Source: the human T2T-CHM13v2.0 reference genome, Homo sapiens
DNA length: 64,000 nucleotides
Strand: one strand, 5' to 3'
NCBI RefSeq assembly: GCF_009914755.1
Contig: NC_060925.1
Shown one piece after another: positions 1 through 20,299 of this stretch (the first letter of the stretch is position 1; every line of letters begins with the position of its first letter). The position numbers and the translations under genes are program-made. The notes beneath the pieces were generated by a model. The model saw only the letters and a list, made by a program, of their open reading frames with translations. It searched no databases and was not told where the DNA came from.

Positions 1-580
1 TTCAGCACTATTTACAATAGCCAAGAGACAGAATCAACCTAAGTCTTCATCAACAATGAATAAAGAAAATGAAATGTATATATATATACACATATACATA
101 ATAAAATGCTATTCCACCACAAGAATTAAATCCTATTATTCGTGGCAACATGCATGAGCCTAGAGAACATTATATTAAGTGAAATAAGCAAGGCATGGAA
201 AGATAAATACCGCATGTTCTCAATCATAGGGAGAAGCTAAAAATATTGCTCTCAGAGAACAGACTCATGGTTACTAGAGGATGGGAAAGGTAGGGGCAAG
301 GGGAGATAGAGAGAAGTTGGTTAATGCATATACAAGTAGGATAGGAAGAGTAGGTGCTAGTATATGGCAATATAGGATGATTATAGTTAACAATAATTTA
401 TTGTATATTTTCAAATAGCTAGAAGGAAGGATTTTTTATGTTCCCAACAGAATGATAAATGTTTGAGAACATGGATAATCTAATTACCTTGATTTGAGCA
501 CTACACATTGTATACATGTATTGAAATATATTCTACCCCATAAATACGTACAATTATGTGTCACTTTAAAATAATTTTTA
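1..580 (+). mobile_element. 3' end of an old LINE-1 (L1MA4-L1MA7-like), runs off the window start
   Basis: ORF2 C-terminal/3'UTR motifs (gcactatttacaatagccaag; taagtgaaataagcaaggcat; catgttctc; ccccataaatacgtacaattat) followed by an A-rich end. Confidence 0.8.
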
Positions 581-689
581 AAATACCAAAAGAGCCAAGA
601 GCCAAGAAATAAGACTAGAGAAATATGGTGTGCATGTATATGTTTCTGTGTGCATGTGTATGTGTGTATGAAAATAGGAAAATAATATA

Positions 690-1425
690 AATTTAATGAT
701 AGAACAACATCTAGAAAAAAATAAATTGGAATTTCTAGAGCTAAAAAATATAAAATACTACATTAAGAATTGAAAAAAAAGGATTTAACACCAGATTAGG
801 CACAGCAAAAGAACAGTTAACTGGAAGACAGTTCAATAGAGAATATCCAAATTGAAGTCGAGAGGAGAAAAATAAATTTTAAAAGAGAAAATTTTAAAGT
901 AGTAAGAGCCTAAGTGACACTTTAAGGCATTCTCAAAAAGTCTACCATATGAACAATTGAAATCCATTTTTGAATGGGACTGAAACAATATTTTAAGTAA
1001 TAATGCCCAAGAGTGTCAAATAACAGGCATTATTGCATCAAATAATGTCCATGAGTGTCAAAACCCGATGATGACATTACAGTACAAATCATAGAAGCTC
1101 TATAAACCTCAACAGTATAAATGCAAATAAAATAACATCTAGACATATAATGACAAAACTTCTTAAACTTTAAAAAAGGAGAAAATTAATGAAAGGAAGA
1201 AAAAAATTACACATTACTTTCAAAGGAGCAGCAATATGATTAAAAGGTTACTTATCAACAATAACAGAAGCCAGAAAATAATGCAATGAGTCCTGTATAT
1301 ATTGAAAGAAAATAACTGCCAACTAAAATTTCTGTACCCAACAAAAATACTCTTCAAGATAAAGGCAAAGTAAGGACTTTGATATAAGTAAAAGCTGAGA
1401 AAATGGGCCACCAACTTACCAGCAC

Positions 1426-1456
<31 letters not shown>

Positions 1457-1560
1457 AAATACATACATACATACATACATACATACATACATGTCATTTT
1501 TTAGGTAGAAATAAAATCACCCCAGATGAAAACATTGAAATAAAGAGAGAAATCAAAAGT
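690..1560 (+). mobile_element. Ancient L1M/HAL1 ORF1 remnant
   Basis: Degenerate ORF1 motifs: acatctagacatataatgacaaaactt (TPRHII.KL-like) and gaaagaaaataactgccaactaaaatttctgtacccaacaaaa (LKENNCQPRILYPAK-like). Confidence 0.7.
1429..1491 (+). repeat. Compound microsatellite (TAAA)n(TACA)n
   Basis: Seen directly. Confidence 0.95.
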
Positions 1561-3000
1561 AATGACTAAATACGTGAGAGTATGCAAAATTTCACCTTGA
1601 TTTCTATTTTACCTGATATGAATAATTCTTTGTGTGCTTTGTTATTGTTTGTCTCTGATAAGTACTTTTTCTTATCTTTCATTACAATATTTTGTGTATG
1701 TTTAGGTGTATCTCTTGTAGGTAGCATATGATTGGATTTGAACTTTGGTTGTGTTTGCTATTGATAATATCTCGTTAACTGCCACATATGATCCAGGACT
1801 CTCTGTCATTTCAAATAGTTTTTTCACTCTATATTTTTTGATATTAATGATATAATTAATTAGGGTTTATTTATTCTATTTTTAATTATTTAATTTTTTT
1901 ATTCTAGGAGTTTGAGATATGTGTGTGTGCATGTGTGTATGTGTGTGTATATTATATGCACATAATTTCTTCTGATGATCATCCTTAAATATTTAACACA
2001 TTTATTTAAACATGTTTTATTACTATTTGAGTTTATTATATCACTAGCTACATACATCTTGGAAACAGCTTCCAATTTCCTCTTTCTCTTGTCACAACAC
2101 TTCCATGTCGATAATATCTAGTATTTCTTTTTCATATTGTTTCAATTGTTTAATATTATTTGCCAACAAGTGTTTGGATTTAACTGTAAGTTTTACTGGA
2201 CTCTTTGTGTACTGATAATTATCTTTATTTTCTTTCTCTGATTCATTGTTTTTCATTTTCCTAGGGTACATTTTGTAACATTTGTTTTAGTGACTCATGC
2301 TTGCACACCCACTTTCTGTGTTGAGAAACCTATTTAAGTATACCTAGGGATGCCAGCCCTGCTTATAGGATAACGTTTACAGTGATTTAAAGGAAAGGCA
2401 TAAGTGCTCCTGGGTTGAGTGCAATAATCTTGAAGTTGTAGAAATCTCCTACTCTTTTAAAATGTCGTTAGCTACTGGGTGTACACCTTTTCATTTCTAG
2501 CTTAAATGCTTACATATGCAAATGCATCCTCTTAGTGAAATACTTTTACTGCCCTGCCTACTGTTGCACACAAGCTATGATGTAAAGAGGGCAGACTGGT
2601 ACCAATTCTCTGGGGGTAGTCCCCCTAAAAGCACCATCCTTCTCCTCCTACCTGAAGTTGTGTTTCATTTCATCAGCATGTGCTTTTATCTATGCATCTA
2701 TTCCAATTTGCTTTTTGTCTTCATTGGTACTAAAATCAGTGGTCTGCTAAATCTACTTATTATTGTACAGATTCCCATGAACCTACATTTAAAAAATTCA
2801 TATTTTATATGTCATTTCTAATGTTTTAGAGTATAAATAATCAGGCATTTGAAATAATCTCTTAATTTTCATGTTCTTTACATTGATAAAGATAAATAAT
2901 ATGTAGTATTTTGAAGGAATAATAATGTAGCAAATGACCATGACAGTTGAATATTATTCATTCCAATTTGTTTTATTCCAATAATCCTTTTAGACCTGGA

Positions 3001-3387
3001 TGTTATGGACTGAATTGTGTCCCTTCTCATATCCATATATTGAATCCCCAACCCCCAATGTGACTATATTTGGAGACAGGATCATTAGGAGGTGATTAAG
3101 ATCATAAGGATGGGGTCCTAATCTGATAGGACAGCTCTCCCTTTAGGAAGAGGAAGAGACACCGAATCTCTGTCTCTCTCTCTCTCTTCCTGTACACACA
3201 GAAGAAAGGCCATGTAGCAAAAAGGTAGCCAGCTGCAAGCCAGGAAGAGGGGCCTCAGCAGACATCGACCCCGATGTTACCTTGATCTTGGACTTCCAGC
3301 CTACAGAACTGTAAGAAAATAAATCCCTATTGTTTAAGCCACCCAGTCTGTGGTATTCTCTTACTGTAGCCTGAGCTGACTATAACA
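3001..3387 (+). mobile_element. MaLR solo LTR, MLT1B-like
   Basis: Starts tgttatggactgaattgtgtccc; typical ccttgatcttggacttccagcct...aataaa...gtttaagccacccagtctgtggtatt; ends ctgactataaca. Confidence 0.85.
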
Positions 3388-4131
3388 TACTGAACAAGGG
3401 TTCAAGATGGGTGCTAATATTTACCTGGCTCTAGAATTGACATAATATGTAAGTATTTTTAAAGCACAAAAGAGAAAATTAATTAATATTGGAACAACAA
3501 GGTATTATATGTCATAAAAAATTGTATCTAGCAGGTCACACAATCACATTCACATTTGGTTTTACCTGACAGAAAATAAAATGGTGCCATGGGTTTTATT
3601 TTGGTCTCATTACTTTCTCTTTTTTATGGCTTCACTTAATATTTACTACCCCATTAGGAAGTTGTATGTATAAAAATTGTATATATACACATATATATAA
3701 ACATATATATATATATGTCTTTTTTATCCTTTGGCATCTTCAGCTTATCTGCAGCAAAGCATGTCAGATTTCTAGGTATTTCTCTATTGCTTAGTAAATT
3801 TTGGTTAAATTGAATATATTCAATAATATCAAGTAAGTGAAATTATACCTAAAGGTATTGTCACGCAAACAGGTCAATTTTTCCTTTTAAGTTGGTCAGC
3901 ATGCTTGCTTTCTTTTTTTTTTTATTATTATACTTTAAGTTTTAGGGTACATGTGCACAATGTGCAGGTTAGTTACATATGTATACATGTGACATGCTGA
4001 TGTGCTGCACCCACTAACTCGTCATCTAGCATTAGGTATATCTCCCAATGCTATCCCTCCCCCCTCCACCCACCCCACCACAGTCCCCAGAGTGTAATGT
4101 TCCCCTTCCTGTGTCCATGTGTTCTCATTGT

Positions 4132-7950
<3,819 letters not shown>

Positions 7951-8013
7951 TATGAAGTTAGCTGGTTATTTTGCTCGTTAGTTGTTGCAGTTTCTTCCTA
8001 GTCTTGATGCTCT

Positions 8014-9027
8014 TTATATTTTGGCATGATTTTGCAGCGGCTGGTACCGGTTGTTCCTTTCCATGTTTAGCGCTTCCTTCAGGAGCTCTTTTAGGGCAGG
8101 CCTGGTGGTGACAAAATCTCTCAGCATTTGCTTGTCTGTAAAGTATTTTATTTCTCCTTCACTTATGAAGCTTAGTTTGGCTGGATATGAAATTCTGGGT
8201 TGAAAATTCTTTTCTTTAAGAATGTTGAATGTTGGCCCCCACTCTCTTCTGGCTTGTAGAGTTTCTGCCGAGAGATCCGCTGTTAGTCTGATGGGCTTCC
8301 CTTTGTGAATCACCCGACCTTTCTCTCTGGCTGCCCTTAACATTTTTTCCTTCATTTCAACTTTGGTGAATCTGACAATTATGTGTCTTGGAGTTGCTCT
8401 TCTCGAGGAGTATCTCTGCGGCATTCTCTATATTTCCTGAATCTGAATGTCGGCCTGCCTTGCTAGATTGGGGACGTTCTCCTGGATAATATCCTGCAGA
8501 GTGTTTTCCAACTTGGTTCCATTCTCCCTGTGACTTTCAGGTACACCAATCAGATGTAGATTTGGTCTTTTCACATAGTCCCATATTTCTTGGAGGATTT
8601 GTTCATTCCTTTTTATTCTTTTTTCTCTAAACTTCCCTTCTCGCTTCATTTCATTCATTTCATCTTCCATCGCTGATACCCTTTCTTCCAGTTGATCGCA
8701 TGGGCTCCTGAGGCTTCTGCATTCTTCACGTAGTTCTTGAGCCTTGGCTTTCAGTTCCATCAGCTCCTTTAAGCACTTCTCTGTATTGTTTATTCTAGTT
8801 ATACATTCGTCTAAATTTTTTTTCAAAGTTTTTAACTTCTTTGCCTTTGGTTTGAATTTCCTCCTGTAGCTCGTAGTTTGATCGTCTGAAGCCTTCTTCT
8901 CTCAACTCGTCAAAGTCATTCTCTGTCCAGCTTTGTTCCATTGCTGGTGAGGAACTGCGATCCTTTGGAGGAGGAGAGGTGCTCTGCTTTTTAGAGTTTC
9001 CAGTTTTTCTGCTCGTTTTTTCCCCAT
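8014..9027 (-). pseudogene. L1 ORF1 (RNA-binding chaperone), disrupted
   Basis: ATGGGGAAAAAA start at 9027 with an apparent 1-bp deletion at codon 5; internal TAG at 8428-8430. RPNLHLIGVPE, TPRHIIVRF and YPAKLSF motifs present. Confidence 0.93.
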
Positions 9028-10062
9028 CTTTGTGGTTTTATCTACTTTTGGTCTTTGATGTTGGTGATGTACAGATGGGTTTTTGGTGTGGACGTCCTTT
9101 CTGTTTGTTAGTTTTCCTTCTAACAGACAGAAGCCTCAGCTGCAGGTCTGTTGGAGTTTGCTAGAGGTCCACTCCAGACCCTGTTTGCCTGGGTATCAGC
9201 AGCGGTGTCTGCAGAACAGTGGTTTTTCATGAACCGCGAATGCTGCTGTCTGATCGTTCCTCTGGAAGTTTTGTCTCAGAGGAGTACCCGGCTGTGTGAG
9301 GTGTCAGTCTGCCCCTACTGGGTGGTGCTTGCCAGTTAGGCTGCTCAGGGGTCAGGGGTCAGGGACCCACTTGAGGAGGCAGTCTGCCCATTCTCACATC
9401 TCCAGCTGCGTGCTGGGAGAACCACTGCTCTCTTCAGAGCTGTCAGACAGGGACATTTAAGTCTGCAGAGGTTACTGCTGTCTTTTTGTTTGTCTGTGCC
9501 CTGCCCCCAGAGGTGGAGCCTACAGAGGCAGGCAGGCCTCCTTGAGCTGTGGTGGGCTCCACCCAGTTAGAGCTTTCCCAGCTGCTTTGTTTACCTAAGC
9601 AAGCCTGGGCAATGGCAGGCGCCCCTCCCCAGCCTCGCTGCCACCTTGCAGTTTGATCTCAGACTGCTGTGCTAGCAATCAGCGAGACTCCATGGGGGTA
9701 GGACCCTCTGAACCAGGTGCAGGATATAATCTCCTGGTGCGCCATTTTTTAAGCCCGTTGGAAAAGCACAGTATTTGGGTGGGAGTGACCCCATTTTCCA
9801 GGTGCTGTCCGTCACCCCTTTCTTTGACTAGGAAAGGGAACTCCCTGACCCCTTGCGCTTCCCGACTGAGGCAATGCCTCGCCCTGCTTCGGCTCGTGCA
9901 CGGTGCGCTGCACCCACTGACCTGCGCCCACTGTCTGGCACTCCCTAGTGAGATGCACCCGGTACCTCAGATGGAAATGCAGAAATCACCCGTCTTCTGC
10001 GTTGCTCACACTGGGAGCTGTAGACCGGAGCTCTTCCTATTCAGCCATCTTGGCTCCTCACT
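9028..10062 (-). promoter_or_regulatory. L1 5'UTR with internal sense promoter, antisense promoter and YY1-type motif
   Basis: Complete 5'UTR. caagatggc (YY1 core) at ~10044-10052 on the minus strand. Many CpGs have decayed to TpG/CpA, so activity is unknown. Confidence 0.75.
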
Positions 10063-10829
10063 TGCTTGCTTTCTTACAATTATTTTTAGTGGTCAGTCAT
10101 AAAACATCATTAATTTTTTCTTTCTATAGTTCTTGTGTTTTCTTTGATTATTCCAGTTGTTATACTCCTTAACTCTCTGATTGAGACCTCTGTGAATTTC
10201 CCGCTTCCTCCTCTCACTTCACACACCTCTTCTGAAAGCCATCCCACTCCGGGCCTCAAGAGGAGCCCCTATCCATAGGGTAACACTGAGTATTCATAGG
10301 AGCTTCATGTTGAATCTTTACAAAGTTCTAGAAACTACATCACTCAGACTGAGGCGCAAGGAGACAAAGAATAATTGAGCCAACCACTCTTGAGCTAAAG
10401 AAAAATAAACTAAACCTTTTCAGTTATGCATGAATATATTATAGGTTTAATTCGTTAATGCCAACCCACAATTCTTGACATGTACAGGTTTTGTCTTAGG
10501 GAAAAAATAAACACTGATATAGTTAAGATAAAAATCTTTCACTTGGCAGGATGGGCCTAAATTGTCTCTAAGTTTTTTGTGTGTGTTTTTCTATCCATAA
10601 AAGCTGCAACTATTAATATATGTCCAACTAAGTGTTGGTAGAGTAAGGCAGATAGATAGGAAATTTGAGTGGTAATGATAGTAGAAAGAAGTTCCAAAGG
10701 GACAACAAATGAGATAAGCAGATGGTTAAAGGCCAGGGGAATAATATAGAAGAAAAAAACACTGAGTTTAATGCACTGCATTTGCCTAGTATGTAATAGC
10801 AGTTTTCCAGTAAAGTGATGATAAAGGTC

Positions 10830-10995
10830 CCTATCCCTGAAGTCAGAAAGACCTGGGTTAAAAGTCTCTGCTACACAATTAGATGTCAATATCCTTGAAA
10901 ACGTTTGTTTTCTCCTTGTAAAATGAAAGTAGTCATAAAATCTGATTCAGGGAGTTGTTTTGAGGATTAAACATGATAATGCAGTTAAATAATGT
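10830..10995 (+). mobile_element. MIR SINE
   Basis: gaagtcagaaagacctgggtt...ttttctccttgtaaaatg...gttgttttgaggattaaa core. Confidence 0.7.
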
Positions 10996-11701
10996 TAGTT
11001 CTTATTAGTTATTATAATTATCTAAGTCAGAAAAGATAACAAAATATGAACAAATAAGCTTAGAGATTGGCAGATTGGGATAATTTATTCTAATTGTGTC
11101 TAAAGACAATAAATTTAGAAATCAAGCTCATAGAATGGAAACCCAAATCAGACTTCAGACCTCTAAAGGGCATCATTAATATCAGACTCTCTGTGAAGTG
11201 GACGTTCTGGATTAACTTAGTGAGGAATCTGCATAGTTGTACTCAGTGGTGGCCCTGGTACAAAATGCTGATATCAACATAAGTTATCCATATATGTTGT
11301 AAAAACAAAGGTACATACACAAACATTCATTTAATTATCCATTTGCATGTTTACTATGAACTGTGACTAAAAGTTCCTTCTCATCTCCAAATACGTTGAA
11401 AATACCTTATCTTAAAATAAGAAATCTGGTCCCTGGAGATTCATCATGTGTTGAGAGCAACATGAACCAGAAGGAAAAAAAAAAAAAAAAAAAAAAACTC
11501 TTACATGTGAAAGAGAAGACCTTCTCTGATTGGCATCTGTGAGTGCCTGTGGCAGCCCTTGCAAAACTTAAAATAAGATGACCACAGTTAGGACAGTTGG
11601 CCCTTAGATTTAATACTGTTAAACACTGAAGTCTCACTTTGTGCATTCAGGCTTAACTTCCTGCAGCTATAAACTGTCTTCTGTAAAACAATGCTGGCTG
11701 A

Positions 11702-11925
11702 TCAGCCTGGGCACCTTGGTTAAACCCTGTCTCTACAAAAAATACAAAAAATTAGTGGGGCCTGGTAGTGTGTGCCTGTACTTCCAGCTACTTGGGAGGC
11801 TGAGTTGGGAGGATCATCTGAGCCTGAAATGCGTAGGTTGTAGTGAGCAGAAATCACACCACTTCACTCTAGCCTGGGTGACAGTGAGACCCTCTCTCAA
11901 AAACAAAAAAATAAAACAACAGAAA
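11702..11925 (+). mobile_element. 5'-truncated AluJ
   Basis: End of left arm, A5TACA6-like linker, diverged right arm and A-rich tail; flanked by acaatgctgg / acagtgctgg. Confidence 0.88.
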
Positions 11926-14900
11926 ACCCCACAGTGCTGGATGTTCACACATCTTCAACATCTGAACTTCAGCACACCTAAAAATCCCTCCTGTGGCAAC
12001 CCTGGACTTGTGTGATGATCAGATGATAGGCACACAATTGACTGGAAGTTTAGTTGTTAAGTTTAACTTCCATATGGAAGGGGAAGCTTGCTACATAAGG
12101 TGGCTCCAGTATATCTATTGCTCTTACTATAAGTGACGGGAAACAGTGTCTCTTAGGCAACCATAATGAATGTTTGCCATAAACTAGTTTAAAGCTCAAT
12201 ATGTAATTTATTCCTGGCTGGAATTTTCTCCCAAGTAGGTTATGCTATATATTACACAGACATACGTACAAGGGGAAAAAAAGAGAAAAAAATCAAGAGT
12301 TATAATTACATTCACATGTTGGCTAATTGGGCCCTTCGGGGCCTTCCTCCTAATTATAAGAGGGCATGCAAAGAAGAAATATCACTAAAAGCAAGTACGT
12401 ATAGAATGAGTTTAAATGGGTTATGCTGGCTATATAAAGGCTGTAAAACTTGATAGGAAAGGAATGCTATTACTTGCCAAACATCTCCTACACATTAAAA
12501 AAAAATTATCAGGCCCACATCAGTGTCATTGACAGTATAAAGGATGAGAAAAAAAAATTTTAGCTTTAAAGAGATACATTGAAAAAAAGAAGCCTTCTAA
12601 TATACATTCTAGATGTGTGTTTTATTTTATATCTGTTTTAGAAATGCAAGAAAATTATAAATTTGTGATACCATATGAAATAAAAAAACGTTTTTTGTGG
12701 CAAATTCAATACTATATGTATAAGACTTTTGTAACACTTCTGAAAATTACATAGATACATAAATATAAGCTTGAAAATCTTCAGAGAATTGATTCATTTC
12801 TAATGTGTAAACTTTGATGATATTATTTCATAAAAGATGCAAAAGCAGATTTTGATCCCTGACATTAGAAAACTATACATTGCTGCTCTGATAATTCTTA
12901 AAATAAATTTTACAATTGTTTCCCTTCAATTTCTCCTGGGGATTTAAGATGGTAGAAAGGGTGGAGAAAGAGTGTACCCACGTTAGAGTAAATCATGGAA
13001 CTTTTTACAGGGTTGTAATTCATTTTATTTCACATCAAGTGTACCCTTTTGACATGCCTATAAAAGTCTGAATGTTTATAGTAGATGTGTATATAATATT
13101 ACATTACACCTCATAACCGAGATAAACTGGCAGGAACCCTAAAGCTCAATAGGAACAAGATTGCCTTTATCTCTTAAAACTGTCATTTTAATTTTCCACA
13201 CTAGACAATGCTATAGATGCCGGATGACTTAAGTTCCTGGTGGCTGTTAGACCACAATCTTGTAATGTTTTGAATTTAGTACCTAATCAAATTGCTTTGC
13301 TTTTAGTATTCTTATCTTGATTTATGCGAACTGGTATATGGTGCCCTCCTTAATATACCCGAAGGAACAGTGTATTTTATAGCATTCTAAATGCAAATCC
13401 TGCTCCCAGATTTATGCCATGGACAATGCAACCACACCATTAAAAAAGAATTTAAAATGAAACTTAGAAAAATTGAAATGACAATTTTAGAGTCAAAAAA
13501 CCTGCAGTGACTGGCCCTGATGCTCTGTGGGCTGCTGTGACTGAGCCCGAGTACTTGAGCAGAGCACCGTCCACAGCCTGCAATTTCAGAGTTACCTTCT
13601 ATGGAATTGGAATTAAATGCCCAGTTAATACAAAGGAAAATTTCCCTTGTGCAAAATCTAATCAAATGTAATATGTCTATATTATAACTACCATTTCTAT
13701 GACTATTATAATTCAAGTTCCTAATTATGAGTTCAGTTCATAAAAAAGAAAATTGGCTTTCATTTGAGCAGCATTTTCAGTCAGAAATGGGAAACACACA
13801 TTTAAGCACACAGGTTTTCAATTCATTATTCTCTTTATTTCAATACCCATTATGGGCCCAATTCAACCCTCACATACTGATATTCAACTCCCTCTGCAGT
13901 CAGGTTCATATACAAATCTTGGGCTCAGCATAAGTAGGAAAAGCAAGAAAATGATTACTGAGGAGCAAAGGAAAATAAACTATTCATATGGTAGGTCTGA
14001 AAAAAATTCTCTGAGGCAAGACTAAATATACAGGATTAAATAATCTCAACTAGATATGGTTTAGAAAATAATCAAATCTTTGGTTTCTATTTCTTTCCGT
14101 TCAATGTTCCACTATAGTTTTCTGTATACATGCAACTTCCCTATCCCCATTGAGCTCAGAGTTAGCTGAATTTGAGGTAGTTTGACTTGGGACCATAGAC
14201 TATACAAATAGATCCACCATTTAAGCTCTACAAAACTCACAGAATTATTATTTTAGACAAATTTACAATAATCAATATAGCAATTGGTCAAATAAAAAAA
14301 TCACTTGTAAATAGTTTTTTTGTGTCCATGTGTGTTTTTGTTCTTTTTCATTGCAAAACACGTTTCTACAAATAAGTAAAGGCAGAAATGTTATTGGTCC
14401 CGAGAACAGGCCACAAAAGCTGATTGATCATTGAATGGATGAAGTATCTCAGAGCAGGTCTGAACTCTAAATATACTCCTTCTTGTCTGCACATGAACTA
14501 CAAGTTTCAGGTCCCAAGTATCTATCAACACAGATTCTCTGTGACCCCAAACAAGAGCACTGATTTTAACTGAAGGTTGAGTGGAATTATGCACTGGCTG
14601 AAGAAGAATGTAACTGTGAAATAAGTATACTTAATAAATTATAAAATATTTAAGCTATTGAATATACATTTATTAAACATAAAATTTACTTTGATCTTAG
14701 AAACTGAGATAGAAATTAATGAATTCTTCTCTTAAACATTGAAATACTTGGATAACAGTCATTGTAACTATCAATCACTTGTTCTGAGGTCACATGGATT
14801 GGCAGCTCTACTACCTGCTTTGTCCTCCAAGTATCTCCAGCACACTCCTAGCTTGTAACTAGTAGAGCCAGGATTCAAAACCATGTCTGTGAGGAGCTGA

Positions 14901-15329
14901 AACCTACCAGCCTTGATTGTCAGGAATATGTCAAGGCAACAGTATAAAAGTTGGATAAATTTGAAACCACTATCTAAAATAAATTACAATTGTTATACAT
15001 AATTCTTAATGAGTTGAACATTTAAACAATATAAATTGAGATTTTCAGGTTATAAGATTATTTGTGATATTGATATTTTTATAATACATTTTTATATAAA
15101 TAAGTATTTTATTTAATTCATTTGTCCCTGGCATTGTTCTTAGAAGCATAATGGTTTCAATCTGCAGTTCTATTTACTATGTGATGTACAGTTGAACTTT
15201 TTTTAAATTCCAGTTTCCTACACTTAAATAAAATATTTGTGCTACTCAACTCATTGTTAAAAATATTTAATGATGTCAACCATTTCAAATTGATAAATTT
15301 AAATGTATATGTTACATATCAGAATAACA

Positions 15330-15565
15330 ATAATTATTGATCCCTGACCAAATGCTGGTTGCTCTGCTTAGTGACTTAGATGCATTATTTTATTTAGCAT
15401 TCAAAATTGTCTCATTATTATTATTTTAATTTGAGAAAAATCCAGTGAGGTAGATATTAACATTATTTTCATTTTAAAGACAGACAAAGCAGGGTTTGTA
15501 GAGATATATATTTGCTGAAAGTTATGCAATTGATAAGGGGCAATGGGATGCTTAACCCCATACTT
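15330..15565 (-). mobile_element. MIR SINE, interrupted
   Basis: gtgaggtagatatt...attattttcatttta...tttgctgaaagttatgca pattern. Confidence 0.55.
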
Positions 15566-16358
15566 TGAAATTTTAGGTTATGCAGATTTCACCCATTATT
15601 GCTTCACTGCTTATATTAATCTAATAGGTGTGGTACTAGTTAAATTTTTATTTGATGTTCACAAAGATATAGAAAAGGTCAAAGAATAGTCAAACTGACA
15701 CATGCTTTTCACTTTGCCAGTTTATCCTCTGCAATAAAGAGTACATTAGAATGAAAACTACTAGATATTATATTAAAACTAATCTAATTAATAGCAGACT
15801 CAGATTGTGTGGAAAGGCATCACACTTAATACTATTGAGAGGACATCCTGATTAGACTCTTTTGTTTTTAAGGAATCCCAGTCAGCTACAAGTATTTAGA
15901 ATCCAACTTTCTAATGAAAAAATAAAAAACACAGATTGAAGAATTTTGAAAATGTTAAAATAGAATGAATAATAAAAATAATACAAAAATAGAATACAAC
16001 TTTCTGGATTACTCATGTTTTTATCTGTGAAGAGTTATTATATCCCTTTAGGGCATACTACCATAGGTCCATGCCATAACAATTTTCTTTATAGTCTTTA
16101 CAGAGAATGTTCACTGAAACACTAATATGCCTACAAGGCAGAATCACAGTTGGTGAACTCTTGATTTTTTTACTTAGCCCACATAATTTCTGCAAAGAAA
16201 AGAGCTCAAAACATTCTGGTGTCCAATAATAATGGTATTCTTGAAGACCAGGAGAAATTCAACATGGAGAAGTTCCAAGAATATCATCACAGTAGAAATA
16301 AATGGAGTTTTAAGGTAGTAACAAATACAAGTATATCTTGTTAAAAGAAAATAAGAAC

Positions 16359-19827
<3,469 letters not shown>

Positions 19828-20299
19828 AAAAGAAAATAAGAACGCAGAAGTAATAGAAAAGAGAATATTTCACATGTTGTAAAGGGGATTGTGGCTTACC
19901 CTTATATTAAGAAATAGTAGCATTGTAACACCATAGCTGTTAAATAGAAGAATATTTTGCTTCACTGGCTAATATATGATGAGTCTGCAATACGTTTGGA
20001 AAATGTATCATGCCCTAGAAATTCATGTACTTCAACGATCATGGAAAAAAAATATGAGAAACTGAAGGGCTGATAGTATCTTAAGGTGTTAAAAAAAAAT
20101 CTCTCTTAAAAGGTACAGAGTCTGTAATTCTTAGGAAAGAAGACGTAATTTGGTCTCCACTTTAAAGTCTTTAGATTTGTGATCCAAGGTGAAATCTAAA
20201 AATAGTGGTGTGAGTGGTCAATCAGTACTCAATCTTTATATCTTAAAATCAGATGCATACACCAGCAAACAAACCAAAGTTAAAAAAAAGTGAAACAAC

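Noticed and set aside
1-580. This L1 3' end as the missing tail of the L1MA at 38551-44652
   Set aside because: It looks like a different subfamily, is 38 kb away, and no shared TSD was found.
1220-1492. 90-aa hydrophobic ORF (MYVCMYVC...)
   Set aside because: Translation of the (TACA)/(TAAA) microsatellite and the antisense of an ancient L1.
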